Source: Eledone cirrhosa
Taxonomy: Eukaryota
Reading direction: 5' to 3'
Assembly: GCA_964016885.1 (NCBI GenBank)
Contig: OZ024741.1
Location: forward strand, 6,014,001 to 6,078,000
Length of the DNA stretch: 64,000 bases
Part shown: one piece after another, positions 28,081 through 42,001 of the stretch
Numbering within the stretch: position 1 is the first letter of the stretch
Layout of the letters: every line of letters starts with the position of its first letter
Made by a program: the position numbers and the translations under genes
The notes under the pieces: generated by a model
Databases searched by the model: none
Told to the model about the DNA's origin: nothing
What the model saw: the letters and a program-made list of their open reading frames with translations, nothing else

Positions 28081-29240
28081 TCCCACTGTAAAGTGGTCAT
28101 GTAGGTGTCATGGCAAAAAGCACCCAGTTCACACTGTAATGTGGTCATGTAGGTATCATGACAAAAAGCACCCAGTTCACACTGTAAAGTGGTCATGTAG
28201 GTATCACAACAAAAAGCACCCAGTCCACACTGTAAAGTGGTCGTGTGGGTGTCACAATAAAAAGCACCCAGTCCACACTGTAAAGTAGTCATGTAGGAGT
28301 CATGTCAAAAAGCACCCAGCCCACACTGTAAAGTGGTCATGTAGGTATCACGTATCACAACAAAAAGCACCCAGTCCACACTGTAAAGTGGTCATGTAGG
28401 TGTCGCAACAAAAAGCACCCAGACCACACTGTAAAGTGGTCATGTGGGTGTCACAATAAAAAGCACCCAGTCCACACTGTAAAGTAGTCATGTAGGAGTC
28501 ATGGCAAAAAGCACCCAGCCCACACTGTAAAGTGATCATGTGAGTGTCACAATAAAAAGCACCCAGTCCACACTGTAAAGTAGTCATGTAGGAGTCATGG
28601 CAAAAAGCACCCAGCCCACACTGTAAAGTGGTCGTGTAGGTATCACGTATCACAACAAAAAGCACCCAGACCACACTGTAAAGTGGTCGTGTGGGTGTCA
28701 CAATAAAAAGCACCCAGTCCACACTGTAAAGTAGTCATGTAGGAGTCAGGACAAAAAGCACCCAGTCCACACTGTAAAGTAGTCATGGCAAAAAGCACCC
28801 AGCCCACACTGTAAAGTGGTCGTGTAGGTATCACAACAAAAAGCACCCTGTCCACACTGTAAAGTGGTCGTGTGGGTGTCACAATAAAAAGCACCCAGTC
28901 CACACTGTAAAGTAGTCATGTAGGTGTCACAACAAAAAACACCCAGTACACACTGTAAAGTTGTCGTGTAGGTGTCACGACAAAAAAGCACCCAGTCCAC
29001 ACTGTAAAGTAGTCATGGCAAAAAGCACCCAGCCCACACTGTAAAGTGGTCGTGTAGGTATCACAACAAAAAGCACCCTGTCCACACTGTAAAGTGGTCG
29101 TGTGGGTGTCACAATAAAAAGCACCCAGTCCACACTGTAAAGTAGTCATGTAGGTGTCACAACAAAAAACACCCAGTACACACTGTAAAGTTGTCGTGTA
29201 GGTGTCACGACAAAAAAGCACCCAGTCCACACTGTAAAGT
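28081..29240 (+). repeat. 48-bp minisatellite (CCACACTGTAAAGTGGTCATGTAGGTGTCACAACAAAAAGCACCCAGT), about 25 units, inside an RTE-type 3' UTR
   Basis: The 48-bp period is visible (16-aa repeat in the ORF track). The array runs directly into the RTE tail at 29240-29400 ending in (GAT)n. Confidence 0.93.
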
Positions 29241-29397
29241 GGTTGTGTTAGTAAGGGCATCCAGCTATAGAAGCCGGGCCAAAATCAGTTCTTTGTGAGT
29301 AAGACATGGTCATCTGACCTAGCATTGCCTACAACAGGACAACTTGTCTAACCCATACTAGCATGGGAAAATGGACGTAAAACACTGATGATGATGA

Positions 29398-29468
<71 letters not shown>

Positions 29469-29558
29469 GTATTTCCGTAGGAAGGGTAAAGGAAAGGAGA
29501 GTGCTCTATGTAGGCTACAGAGCTATTTAATTATATATAAACAACATAAGTCAATTAT

Positions 29559-29629
29559 TCCATTTACCAAAGGTTTCACGAAGACAGACGAACTCAACAG
29601 AGACGTCTGAAATCGCTCATCAGAATGAA
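29559..29629 (-). ncRNA. Type-I hammerhead ribozyme (family 2), apparently intact
   Basis: Minus strand: ttcatt-CTGATGA-gcga..cagacg..cgtctg..tcgt-GAAA-cc-ttt-gg-TA-aatgga. All three stems pair; cleavage triplet GUA. Confidence 0.85.
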
Positions 29630-29802
29630 AATTTAATATGGATGTAAGATATGAATTTAAAAAGAAAGGCTATTACAATTGAAAGGGAGGCTGATATATA
29701 ATAAAATAAAGATAAGAAATAAAATAAAATAACGGTAAAAATATACACACTGAAGTAGAACGTAAGGTTAGGGGGTAAATATCTTTACCCACTAACCTTA
29801 CG

Positions 29803-29871
29803 TTATTCTGATGAGCAATTTCAGACGTCTCTGTTGAGTTCGTCTGTCTTCGAGAAACCTTTGATAAATGG
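29803..29871 (+). ncRNA. Hammerhead ribozyme (family 2), mutated inverted copy
   Basis: ttatt-CTGATGA-gcaa..tcga-GAAA-cctttga-TA-aatgg, with mismatches in stems II and III. Confidence 0.65.
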
Positions 29872-29872
29872 A

Positions 29873-32812
<2,940 letters not shown>

Positions 32813-32813
32813 T

Positions 32814-32915
32814 TTTAAACCCTAAAATCCAAATAATTTTCGAAAAATGAGATCTAAATGCGGTATTTTTTCACTTTTTCATTTTTCGAAACTTATTTGG
32901 ATTTTAGGGTTTAAA
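32814..32915. repeat. 37-bp inverted repeat (1 mismatch) with ~28-bp spacer, at the 5' truncation point of RTE copy 2
   Basis: TTTAAACCCTAAAATCCAAATAATTTTCGAAAAATGA ... TCATTTTTCGAAACTTATTTGGATTTTAGGGTTTAAA. Confidence 0.8.
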
Positions 32916-33219
32916 CCTGTCTACGGAACAGGTTTGATTTTGAAATTTAAATTTGTCCAAGCACCGCGGCCATTTGCCAATATGCTTTGTTTTTATTGAT
33001 TTATTATTTTAAATCGAGACAGGCAAACTGTATTATTATAATTAGTATTTTTCAATCTAGCTAACTAGGTCATTTACAATACAAACACGGATATGTTGGT
33101 ATTTGTGTTTATCAAATATATTAATTTATATTAACTTGTATTACACGGCTCAGAAATACTTCTTTCTTTGAGCTATTTCATTGTAAAGGACTGCCTGAGT
33201 TTTGAACTCATTATTAATA

Positions 33220-33307
<88 letters not shown>

Positions 33308-33330
33308 TTATATTTATATATATATATATA

Positions 33331-34380
33331 CATAGATTTTATATGTGGCCGGTGCTCTGGTGCAATAAGTAGCAGCAAGTGCCCAGGGAATAGTAGCTCA
33401 TTCCATTGTACAGATGGTTCTATAGAAATTGTGGACACCTTCCGTTACCTGGGTGACAAAATCAGCAGTGGGGGAGGGTGCTCTGAAAGTACAGTAGCTA
33501 GAGTCAGAACTGGATGGAAAAAGTTCAGAGAGCTTATACCACTATTAGCCGCTAAAGGGTTCTCCCTAAAAATGAATGGTAGGCTGTATGATGCCTGCAT
33601 ACGAACAACAATGTTGCATGGCAGTGAGACCTGGGCATTGTGTGCAGAGGATATACGCAGACTGGAGAGGAATGAAGCTTGCATGCTCCGCTGGATGTGT
33701 AATAGTAACATACGTGAACGGCAAAGCATAAACGTACTAAGGGAAAAATTAGAAATAAGTGGGATCAGTTGTTGTTTACTCGAGAGAAGACTACGTTGGT
33801 ACGGTCACGTGATGCGCATGAAAGACAACAGATGTATAAAAAAGTGCAGGGCAATAAAAATAGACGGTAGCCACGAAGTAGGCAGACCCAGAAAAACCTG
33901 GGAAGACTTGATAAATTCCAACCTCACACACTTACACCTCTCCAAGACAATGTCACTGGACCGAGAGCTTTGGCGCTACACAGTAATAGAGAAGACCCGC
34001 CTTACCTAAGTACAAAGTTAAACCTACTACAGTCAGTAGGCATCCTGTCCCACTACTCCCACCCATCAACACCACCCTTCAATGTAAAGTTATGTTGGTG
34101 TCACAACATCCAGCCCGAAACAAATGAGGTCGTGTAGGTGTCACGACAAAAAAAACACACAGTCCACGCTGTAATGTGGCCGTATAGGCAACACGGTAAA
34201 AACCTCCCAGTACAACACTGTAAATGTGGTTGGTGTTAGGAAGGGCATCCAGCCGTAGAAAACCCGCCAGACAGTCCTATGCGAGCAAGACAACCACTCT
34301 TGCCTCAAGTGGGAAAACCCCCGTCCAAACCCATGCAAGCGTGGAATATGGACGTTAAACTATGATAATGATGATGATGA

Positions 34381-34383
<3 letters not shown>
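33331..34383 (+). mobile_element. RTE copy 3, 5'-truncated
   Basis: ORF 33431-34009 matches the copy-1 C-terminus; 3' UTR and (GAT)n tail follow. Confidence 0.92.
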
Positions 34384-34428
<45 letters not shown>

Positions 34429-34432
<4 letters not shown>

Positions 34433-35135
34433 CGAAGGAAATGTGGTAAGGAACCAGGTGGACCATAACGCACCAAAGTACTCAATACTTAGGGTAGTAG
34501 AGTGGGTAATAGGAACAAGTAAGACCCCGACGGCTGAGCTCAAGCCGTTTCGACGGCTAATTCTGGACTGAATGAAAATGTATTCTGGTATTTAAATAGC
34601 CGAGCTTATCAAGGGGTAATTCCATATATGGTCAAAGAGATAATCACCAGGATTGGTCACATCACAAGTTAGTAGTAAATCTGTGATGGCAAATTGGTGG
34701 GGGAAGGGGTAGCTGAACCTGCCGGTAGGAGAAAAAGGGAGAGGGGGTGGAGTAGACCCATTCATGCGTTGGTAGTGCCGGCTACAGCTGGGTGTGAGGT
34801 CAAAGAAGATACTGGGGAGGGGGAGGGGGAGGAAGTCGAAACGGTAAGTAGAACAAAGGGTAAAACTATAAAAGGTACTGAGAGAGAAAAAAAAATAAGC
34901 AAAGTTTGGTTACTAAGACATAAGTCTCTCGCTATTGCTCGGCTAAAGAAATACATAAATGAATAAATAAACAAATAAGTGAATAAAAGAATAGATAAAT
35001 AAATTTAAAAAAAAAAGAAAATATATAATGAAGAATAAAAAATAAATAAAAATAAACTAGGTGGGACGGAAATAAAGGGACCCTTATACAAGGTATAAGT
35101 GCGTGTATCGTACGGTGACGGGTCAACAGAGGGAG

Positions 35136-35171
<36 letters not shown>

Positions 35172-37705
35172 AAATACTAAAGAGACTACCACGAAATAAT
35201 AAAGGTTTCTACCCCAATCACAGGGCCAGCAACCACCCAGAGCAAGAAAGTAAACTAGTACGAGAATATAATTCAGGGTCCCGCAAAAAAATACTCGTGC
35301 TAACTCTAAGGGTACCGCCACGAAACAAAAAGTCTTATACAAGCTACATGATCGTACGAAGTAAAAGTAAAGAACGGAAAATTAATACAGAAACACCCCC
35401 CACTCCCCACCCACCCCCACAAAAGGGAAAAAGAGGAAAGAAATACTGGATAAACGAGAAATTAAAGCAAAGATGCCACTAAGAAATATAGAAGGCACGG
35501 AAAAAAGGCAGCGGTCGGAGAAGGGGGCAAGTATCCGAAGTCGAACACCTCTGCTATAAAAAGCGGAGTCAGCCAAATCTATCATAGAATAGGGAAGGGG
35601 GGGTGCTGAAGCTACAAGGGACCGAGAGGCTACCTCGGGTGGGCGAGAAAAAGACGACGACAAAGAAAGGGAACTGGGGTAGAAGGACTAGGGAGGGATG
35701 GGGGGAAGGAGGAAATATAGAGGAAGCGATAAAAAATGTAAAAGAAGATCTTACGTCTCCATTGGCAAGCAGGGGTTACCCCTTACAAAATAGGCAAGTG
35801 GGGTGTTATAGCCCTAGTCTATCCCCCCCCCCCGGGTCATTATGGGGTTTGAGGGCGAGGTAAGTCCTACGTAATCGGTGTTTACATGCAGTAACCAGTT
35901 CATCTTTCTTGTTTAGGAGTTGGTCCGTCGAAAACAGCATTTGTAAAGTTTCCTCCGAGCATAAATTGCACGGACGGCGTCCTCCCGTGTAAGAGTTGGC
36001 TCTGGACAGTAATTTCCAAGTGAGATCATAGTTGATGTTGTTGTCCTTGAGGTCCCATATGTGGCCCGAAAGTGTAGTGGCGTGACGCCGGGTCGGGTTC
36101 CGGAAGGTATGTCTGTGTTGGTATAGCCGGGTCTTGAAGTCACATGCGGTTAATCCTATATAAGCTTTGTTGGAGGTGTCCGTGCTCACGTTGCACTGGT
36201 AGATCACATTACGGTCTCTGCATCTGTTGTCGAGGGGGCAACTGGATCTATCAGGACAGTTGCACCTCCTGGTCGGCTATCCACTGCTATTTAGGTTGTT
36301 TCTTCCATCGGGGTTGAGTTTTTTGTTGTTGGAGGAGACGATGTTTTGTGCGAAGTTGGGTGTAGTGCTGTAAGAGAGTTTGATGGTATTTTTGTTAATT
36401 ATGTTGTGGTAGCGGTGTTGTGGTGGGAAGTGTTTTTCAATGAGCCTAAAGAAAATTTTCCCGATGGGAGTTGTCACCTCGGCGTTGTGGGGAGGATTGA
36501 ACCATGTTACATTGCGTGAGCGGCGGTGTCGCCTGCTGGTTCCGCTAATGGGAGCTGGACAGTAGGATATTTCCTCCCGGAAGCCACTCCGCTTGAGGGC
36601 CTGGTTGTAGTAAGGCGCATGTTCATCGAATATCTTCTCATTGGCTGACAAACGGGATATGCGGAGGGAGATGTTTTTGACCAGGTTGTTGGTGATGTCC
36701 CTAGGATGGTTAGATCGGCGGTGGATGTAGTGCAGGTTGTCATTGGGTTTCCTGTATGGGTAGTACAGGTCATTATTGAGATCGAGGGTAACGTCCAGGA
36801 AATTGAACTCGGGTCAGGGACGTTTGTAGGGTTATTTAAATCCCCAGTCGCGGAAGAAGCTGATTAATTGTTTCCGGACCCGATCTGTACTACTGGGGTT
36901 GTACCCTTTAAGGGTAAGGAGCCCATCATCACGGTACAATCCACCACCGAAAGCAGGAAACATATCGGTGAGTTTGGCTATAAGGAATAATCCTATAATA
37001 TCTGTGACCTCCGCCGAATCCGTAGCGCCCATGCTGACGTCGAAGGGTGAGTCGGGAGTTCTTTTTATCCATTTGGAGTTGTCAAAGAGTAAGACTGTCT
37101 TCCTGGCGTGGAGGATGATTTTTCTTTCCTGGTCGGTGATAGGCACGAGTGCTTCGGCGAAGTCCAAGGCGGCAGTAAGTAGCGGTAAGGTGATAGAAGC
37201 ATAGTAGCTCTCTATGTCGAACTGGATAAATTTAGTGTCTCGTTTATCCTCCATATTGCTGAACCATGAGATAACTTCCTGGGTGTTGATCCATAGGCTA
37301 AGTCGGGCGTGTTGCTTGACTTTTGGTATCACGCGGTCTAGGATTTTTTTGCTGATTCTCCCTATGTCGGACTTCGTTGGGTTTATAAGCCTGATAGATG
37401 GTTTACGGTCGAAATCGGATTTGTGGTCCTTCAGTGTGAAGTAGGGTGTCCGTGGGTCTAGGGGTTCGGTGCGGTCGGCGACCCCGAGGCTGGAGGTAAT
37501 TTGTTGTCCATCTCGATTAATGTCCTCGATGCATGAGTGGTTAGCCTTTTTATAGGTGGAGTTTAGGCTGCTCCTGATCAGTGTGTGGTATCTGTCGGGG
37601 TTGACAAAGTATAGGTTCCCAGTTTTATCCGAATGCACCATGATGTCATTGGTGTTATCATACTCTGTTAAGTTGCTACGGAGTTTTTGTAGGAATCGGT
37701 TGTGT
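34429..37705 (-). mobile_element. Penelope-like element (Naiad-like), 5'-truncated inverted copy
   Basis: Near-identical reverse complement of 38729-41993; RT and GIY-YIG ORFs at 36832, 36277 and 35806. Confidence 0.92.
34524..34617 (-). ncRNA. Type-I hammerhead in PLE pLTR (family 3), U3-A8 core variant, intact
   Basis: Minus strand: acccc-TTGATAA-g.ct.cggcta...tagccg.t.c-GAAA-cggct-tgagctc-agccg-TC-ggggt. Confidence 0.8.
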
Positions 37706-38364
37706 ATAAGGGTCCCTTTATTTCCGTCCCACCTAGTTCATTTTTATTTATTTTTTATTCTTCATTATATATTTTCTTTTTTTTTTTTAATTTATTTATC
37801 TATTCTTTTATTCACTTATTTGTTTATTTATTCATTTATGTATTTCTTTAGCCTAGCAATAGCGAGAGACTTATGTCTTAGTAACCAGACTTTGCTTATT
37901 TTTTTTCTCTCTCAGTACCTTTTATAGTTTTACCCTTTGTTCTACTTACCGTTTCGACTTCCTTCCCCTCCCCCTCCCCAGTATCTTCTTTGACCTCACA
38001 CCCAGCTGTAGCCGGCACTACCAACGCATGAATGGGTCTACTCCAGCCTCTCTCCCTTTTTCTCCTACCGGCAGGTTCAGCTACCCCTTCCCCCACCAAC
38101 TTGCCATCACAGATTTACTACTAACTTGTGATGTGACCAATCCTGGTGATTATCTCTTTGACCATATATGGAATTACCCCTTGATATGCTCGGCTATTTA
38201 AATACCAGAATAAATTTTCATTCAGTCCAGAATTAGCCGTCGAAACGGCTTGAGCTCAGCCGTCAGGGTCTTACTTGTTCCTATTACCCACTCTACTACC
38301 CTAAGTATTGAGTACTTTGGTGCGTTATGGTCCACCTGGTTCCTTACCACATTTCCTTCGTTAT
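37704..38364 (+). repeat. 5' pseudo-LTR of the PLE
   Basis: Direct repeat of 41334-41993 and inverted repeat of 34429-35090. Confidence 0.9.
38176..38269 (+). ncRNA. pLTR hammerhead (family 3), mutated (A9>U; mismatch in stem I)
   Basis: acccc-TTGATAT-...-GAAA-cggct-tgagctc-agccg-TC-agggt. Confidence 0.7.
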
Positions 38365-38454
38365 CTAGCTCCTATCCCCGTAGTAGAGCACTTTCCGACT
38401 TTATCACGCCGTATCCAGACTTTTCCGCTAAGCTCAATTTCTTTCACCCGCACC

Positions 38455-40628
38455 ATGCGAAAACACAACATCGACTTCTCTACCAAGAACATCCCAATCC
38501 CACCGAAAAAACTTTACCTTCGGATGCTCACGCAAAAAATCGATCTATTTGCGAAAAGACTTAGATGGAGAACTTTTTTCTACGACAGATTTTGCGACAA
38601 TCAGGACTTCGGTACCAAGGAGAGATTCAGATTTATTACCTACAAATCCCCCCCCCCCCGAACCCTTTGCTCTCACCCTTCGAGAATGACCTCTTCCAAC
38701 TGGTCAAGAACCTTAAATTCAAACCCAGACACAACCGATTCCTACAAAAACTCCGTAGCAACTTAACAGAGTATGATAACACCAATGACATCATGGTGCA
38801 TTCGGATAAAACTGGGAACCTATACTTTGTCAACCCCGACAGATACCACACACTGATCAGGAGCAGCCTAAACTCCACCTATAAAAAGGCTAACCACTCA
38901 TGCATCGAGGACATTAATCGAGATGGACAACAAATTACCTCCAGCCTCGGGGTCGCCGACCGCACCGAACCCCTAGACCCACGGACACCCTACTTCACAC
39001 TGAAGGACCACAAATCCGATTTCGACCGTAAACCATCTATCAGGCTTATAAACCCAACGAAGTCCGACATAGGGAGAATCAGCAAAAAAATCCTAGACCG
39101 CGTGATACCAAAAGTCAAGCAACACGCCCGACTTAGCCTATGGATCAACACCCAGGAAGTTATCTCATGGTTCAGCAATATGGAGGATAAACGAGACACT
39201 AAATTTATCCAGTTCGACATAGAGAGCTACTATGCTTCTATCACCTTACCGCTACTTACTGCCGCCTTGGACTTTGCCGAAGCACTCGTGCCTATCACCG
39301 ACCAGGAAAGAAAAATCATCCTCCACGCCAGGAAGACAGTCTTACTCTTTGACAACTCCAAATGGATAAAAAGAACTCCCGACTCACCCTTCGACGTCAG
39401 CATGGGCGCTACGGATTCGGCGGAGGTCACAGATATTATAGGATTATTCCTTATAGCCAAACTCACCGATATGTTTCCTGCTTTCGGTGGTGGATTGTAC
39501 CGTGATGATGGGCTCCTTACCCTTAAAGGGTACAACCCCAGTAGTACAGATCGGGTCCGGAAACAATTAATCAGCTTCTTCCGCGACTGGGGATTTAAAT
39601 AACCCTACAAACGTCCCTGACCCGAGTTCAATTTCCTGGACGTTACCCTCGATCTCAATAATGACCTGTACTACCCATACAGGAAACCCAATGACAACCT
39701 GCACTACATCCACCGCCGATCTAACCATCCTAGGGACATCACCAACAACCTGGTCAAAAACATCTCCCTCCGCATATCCCGTTTGTCAGCCAATGAGAAG
39801 ATATTCGATGAACATGCGCCTTACTACAACCAGGCCCTCAAGCGGAGTGGCTTCCGGGAGGAAATATCCTACTGTCCAGCTCCCATTAGCGGAACCAGCA
39901 GGCGACACCGCCGCTCACGCAATGTAACATGGTTCAATCCTCCCCACAACGCCGAGGTGACAACTCCCATCGGGAAAATTTTCTTTAGGCTCATTGAAAA
40001 ACACTTCCCACCACAACACCGCTACCACAACATAATTAACAAAAATACCATCAAACTCTCTTACAGCACTACACCCAACTTCGCACAAAACATCGTCTCC
40101 TCCAACAACAAAAAACTCAACCCCGATGGAAGAAACAACCTAAATAGCAGTGGATAGCCGACCAGGAGGTGCAACTGTCCTGATGGATCCAGTTGCCCCC
40201 TCGACAACAGATGCAGAGACCGTAATGTGATCTACCAGTGCAACGTGAGCACGGACACCTCCAACAAAGCTTATATAGGATTAACCGCATGTGACTTCAA
40301 GACCCGGCTATACCAACACAGACATACCTTCCGAAACCCGGCCCGTCGTCACGCCACTACACTTTCGGGCCACATATGGGACCTCAAGGACAACAACATC
40401 AACTATGATCTCACTTGGAAATTACTGTCCAGAGCCAACTCTTACACGGGAGGACGCCGTCCGTGCAATTTATGCTCGGAGGAAACTTTACAAATGCTGT
40501 TTTCGACGGACCAACTCCTAAACAAGAAAGATGAACTGGTTACTGCATGTAAACACCGATTACGTAGGACTTACCTCGCCCTCAAACCCCATAATGACCC
40601 GGGGGGGGGGGATAGACTAGGGCTATAA
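38455..40628 (+). pseudogene. PLE RT/GIY-YIG ORF, disrupted
   Basis: N-terminal STKNIPIP..RLRWRTFF. RT motifs FDIESYY, MGATDSAEV, GLYRDDGL, NFLDVTLDL. Then CNC..CPL...C, VIYQC..AYIG, CNLCSEE..LNKKDE..CKH. Lesions at the poly-C run ~38650, at 39600-39629 and at TAG 40155. Confidence 0.9.
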
Positions 40629-41333
40629 CACCCCAATTTGCCTATTTTGTAAGGGGTAACCCCTGCTTGCCAATGGAGACGTAAGATCTTCTTTTACATT
40701 TTTTATCGCTTCCTCTATATTTCCTCCTTCCCCCATCCCTCCCTAGTCCTTCTACCCCAGTTCCCTTTCTTTGTCGTCGTCTTTTTCTCGCCCACCCGAG
40801 GTAGCCCCTCGGTCCCTTGTAGCTTCAGCACCCCCCCCCTCCCCTATTCTATGATAGATTTGGCTGACTCCGCTTTTTATAGCAGAGGTGTTCGACTTCG
40901 GATACTTGCCCCCTTCTCCGACCGCTGCGCCTTTTTTCCGTGCCTTCTATATTTCTTAGTGGCATCTTTGCTTTAATTTCTAGTTTATCCAGTATTTCTT
41001 TCCTCTTTTTCTCTTTTTGGGGGGGTGGGGGTGGGGGGTGGGGGGGTTTCTGTATTAATTTTCCGTTCTTTACTTTTACTTCGTACGATTTTTCATGTAG
41101 CTTGTATAAGACTTTTTGTTTCTTCGCGGTACCCTTAGAGTTACCACGAGTATTTTTTTGCGGGACCCTGAATTATATTCTCGTACTAGTTTACTTTCTT
41201 GCTCTGGGTGGTTGCTGGCCCTGTGATTGGGGTAGAAACCTTTATTATTTCGTGGTAGTCTCTTTAGTATTTTGCCCCCCCCCCCCCCCCCCTTTGTTGA
41301 CTCGTCACCGTACGATACACGCACTTATACCTC

Positions 41334-41993
41334 GTATAAGGGTCCCTTTATTTCCGTCCCACCTAGTTTATTTTTATTTATTTTTTATTCTTCATTATAT
41401 ATTTTCTTTTTTTTTTAAATTTATTTATCTATTCTTTTATTCACTTATTTGTTTATTTATTCATTTATGTATTTCTTTAGCCGAGCAATAGCGAGAGACT
41501 TATGTCTTAGTAACCAGACTTTGCTTATTTTTTTTCTCTCTCAGTACCTTTTATAGTTTTACCCTTTGTTCTACTTACCGTTTCGACTTCCTCCCCCTCC
41601 CCCTCCCCAGTATCTTCTTTGACCTCACACCCAGCTGTAGCCGGCACTACCAACGCATGAATGGGTCTACTCCACCCCCTCTCCCTTTTTCTCCTACCGG
41701 CAGGTTCAGCTACCCCTTCCCCCACCAATTTGCCATCACAGATTTACTACTAACTTGTGATGTGACCAATCCTGGTGATTATCTCTTTGACCATATATGG
41801 AATTACCCCTTGATAAGCTCGGCTATTTAAATACCAGAATACATTTTCATTCAGTCCAGAATTAGCCGTTGAAACGGCTTGAGCTCAGCCGTCGGGGTCT
41901 TACTTGTTCCTATTACCCACTCTACTACCCTAAGTATTGAGTACTTTGGTGCGTTATGGTCCACCTGGTTCCTTACCACATTTCCTTCGTTAT
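41334..41993 (+). repeat. 3' pseudo-LTR of the PLE
   Basis: Direct repeat of 37704-38364. Confidence 0.9.
41805..41898 (+). ncRNA. pLTR hammerhead (family 3), U3-A8 variant, G-U pair at the base of stem II
   Basis: acccc-TTGATAA-gctcggcta...tagccgtt-GAAA-cggct-tgagctc-agccg-TC-ggggt. Confidence 0.78.
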
Positions 41994-42001
41994 ATATATA
42001 T

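Larger units (their letters stand above)
37704..41993 (+). mobile_element. Penelope-like element (Naiad-like), full structure pLTR-ORF-pLTR
   Basis: ~660-bp direct repeats (37704-38364 and 41334-41993) flank an RT + GIY-YIG ORF; the 3' end abuts (TA)n. Confidence 0.93.

Noticed and set aside
39618-39620. In-frame TGA as selenocysteine (some Naiads encode selenoproteins)
   Set aside because: It lies inside the frameshifted segment next to a TAA. Conserved Cys positions use TGC/TGT, and no convincing SECIS was seen.
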